DNA of 64,000 nucleotides, from NCBI GenBank assembly GCA_051530055.1, contig CM121342.1, forward strand, positions 6,199,489-6,263,488, given 5' to 3'. The DNA is from Neoechinorhynchus agilis. Lineage: Eukaryota > Animalia > Acanthocephala. Below the pieces are notes generated by a model. The model saw only the letters and a list, made by a program, of their open reading frames with translations. It had not been told where the DNA came from and searched no databases. Shown one piece after another: positions 63,545 through 64,000 of the stretch (the first letter of the stretch is position 1; each line of letters begins with the position of its first letter). A program made the position numbers and the translations under genes.

Positions 63545-64000
63545 CGAAGAGAGGAAATACCGAGCTTAGTGATTATTAGAATTCTTCACACGGAGTAAAT
63601 AACGTTTTTTTTCTCCACTAAAATCGTTTCGAATTTCTCGTAGAAAACTGAGTCTTTAGTTTTGGGAAAAAGCCGTTATTTACCGTCGGTTAAAGTTCAA
63701 AATAATAGACGTTTTGAGTTCGCTACTCGACATCCGATAAAGATGAAACGTTCTCGTCTTCCACATGAAATTTCGATATGCGAGAGAAATACCGAGCTTA
63801 GTGATTATTAGAATTCTTCACACGGAGTAAATAACGTTTTTTTCTCCCTAAAATCGTTTCGAATTTCTCGTAGAAAACTGAGTCTTTAGTTTTGGGAAAA
63901 AGCGTTATACCGTCGGTTAAAGTTCAAAATAATAGACGTTTTGAGTTCGCTACTCGACATCCGATAAAGATGAAACGTTCTCGTCTTCCACATGAAATTT
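63545..64000. repeat. Tandem array, ~233-bp unit, >=2 copies, running off the window end
   Basis: aaataccgagcttagtgattattagaattcttcacacggag at ~63555 and ~63788. Confidence 0.9.

Noticed and set aside
4416-64000. Regularly spaced repeats as CRISPR arrays
   Set aside because: Units repeat head-to-tail without unique spacers, there are no cas genes, and the context is eukaryotic with spliceosomal introns.

Overview
Eukaryotic, AT-rich, gene-dense window with very short canonical introns (45-57 nt), probably from a fast-evolving animal with a compact genome (the taxon cannot be determined from sequence alone). Recognisable genes: XRCC1, a divergent PKA RII-like protein, ERCC3/XPB, ICMT, a short GLE1, an N-terminal-only CWF19L1-like gene, a THAP-finger protein and KCMF1, plus several orphan ORFs. 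Roughly 45% of the window is tandem arrays, almost every intergenic gap having its own unit. There are also MITE-like foldbacks and two 5'-truncated CRE-like (REL-endonuclease) non-LTR retrotransposon ends. Main finding: in ICMT, XPB and KCMF1, and more weakly the PKA-R-like gene, homology places an intron at a position with no GT..AG ends. In each case the two ends of the intervening sequence are inverted repeats able to pair into a stem. This suggests a class of non-canonical hairpin-ended (introner/MITE-like) introns coexisting with ordinary GT-AG introns. Weak canonical alternatives exist for all four, so RNA data are needed.
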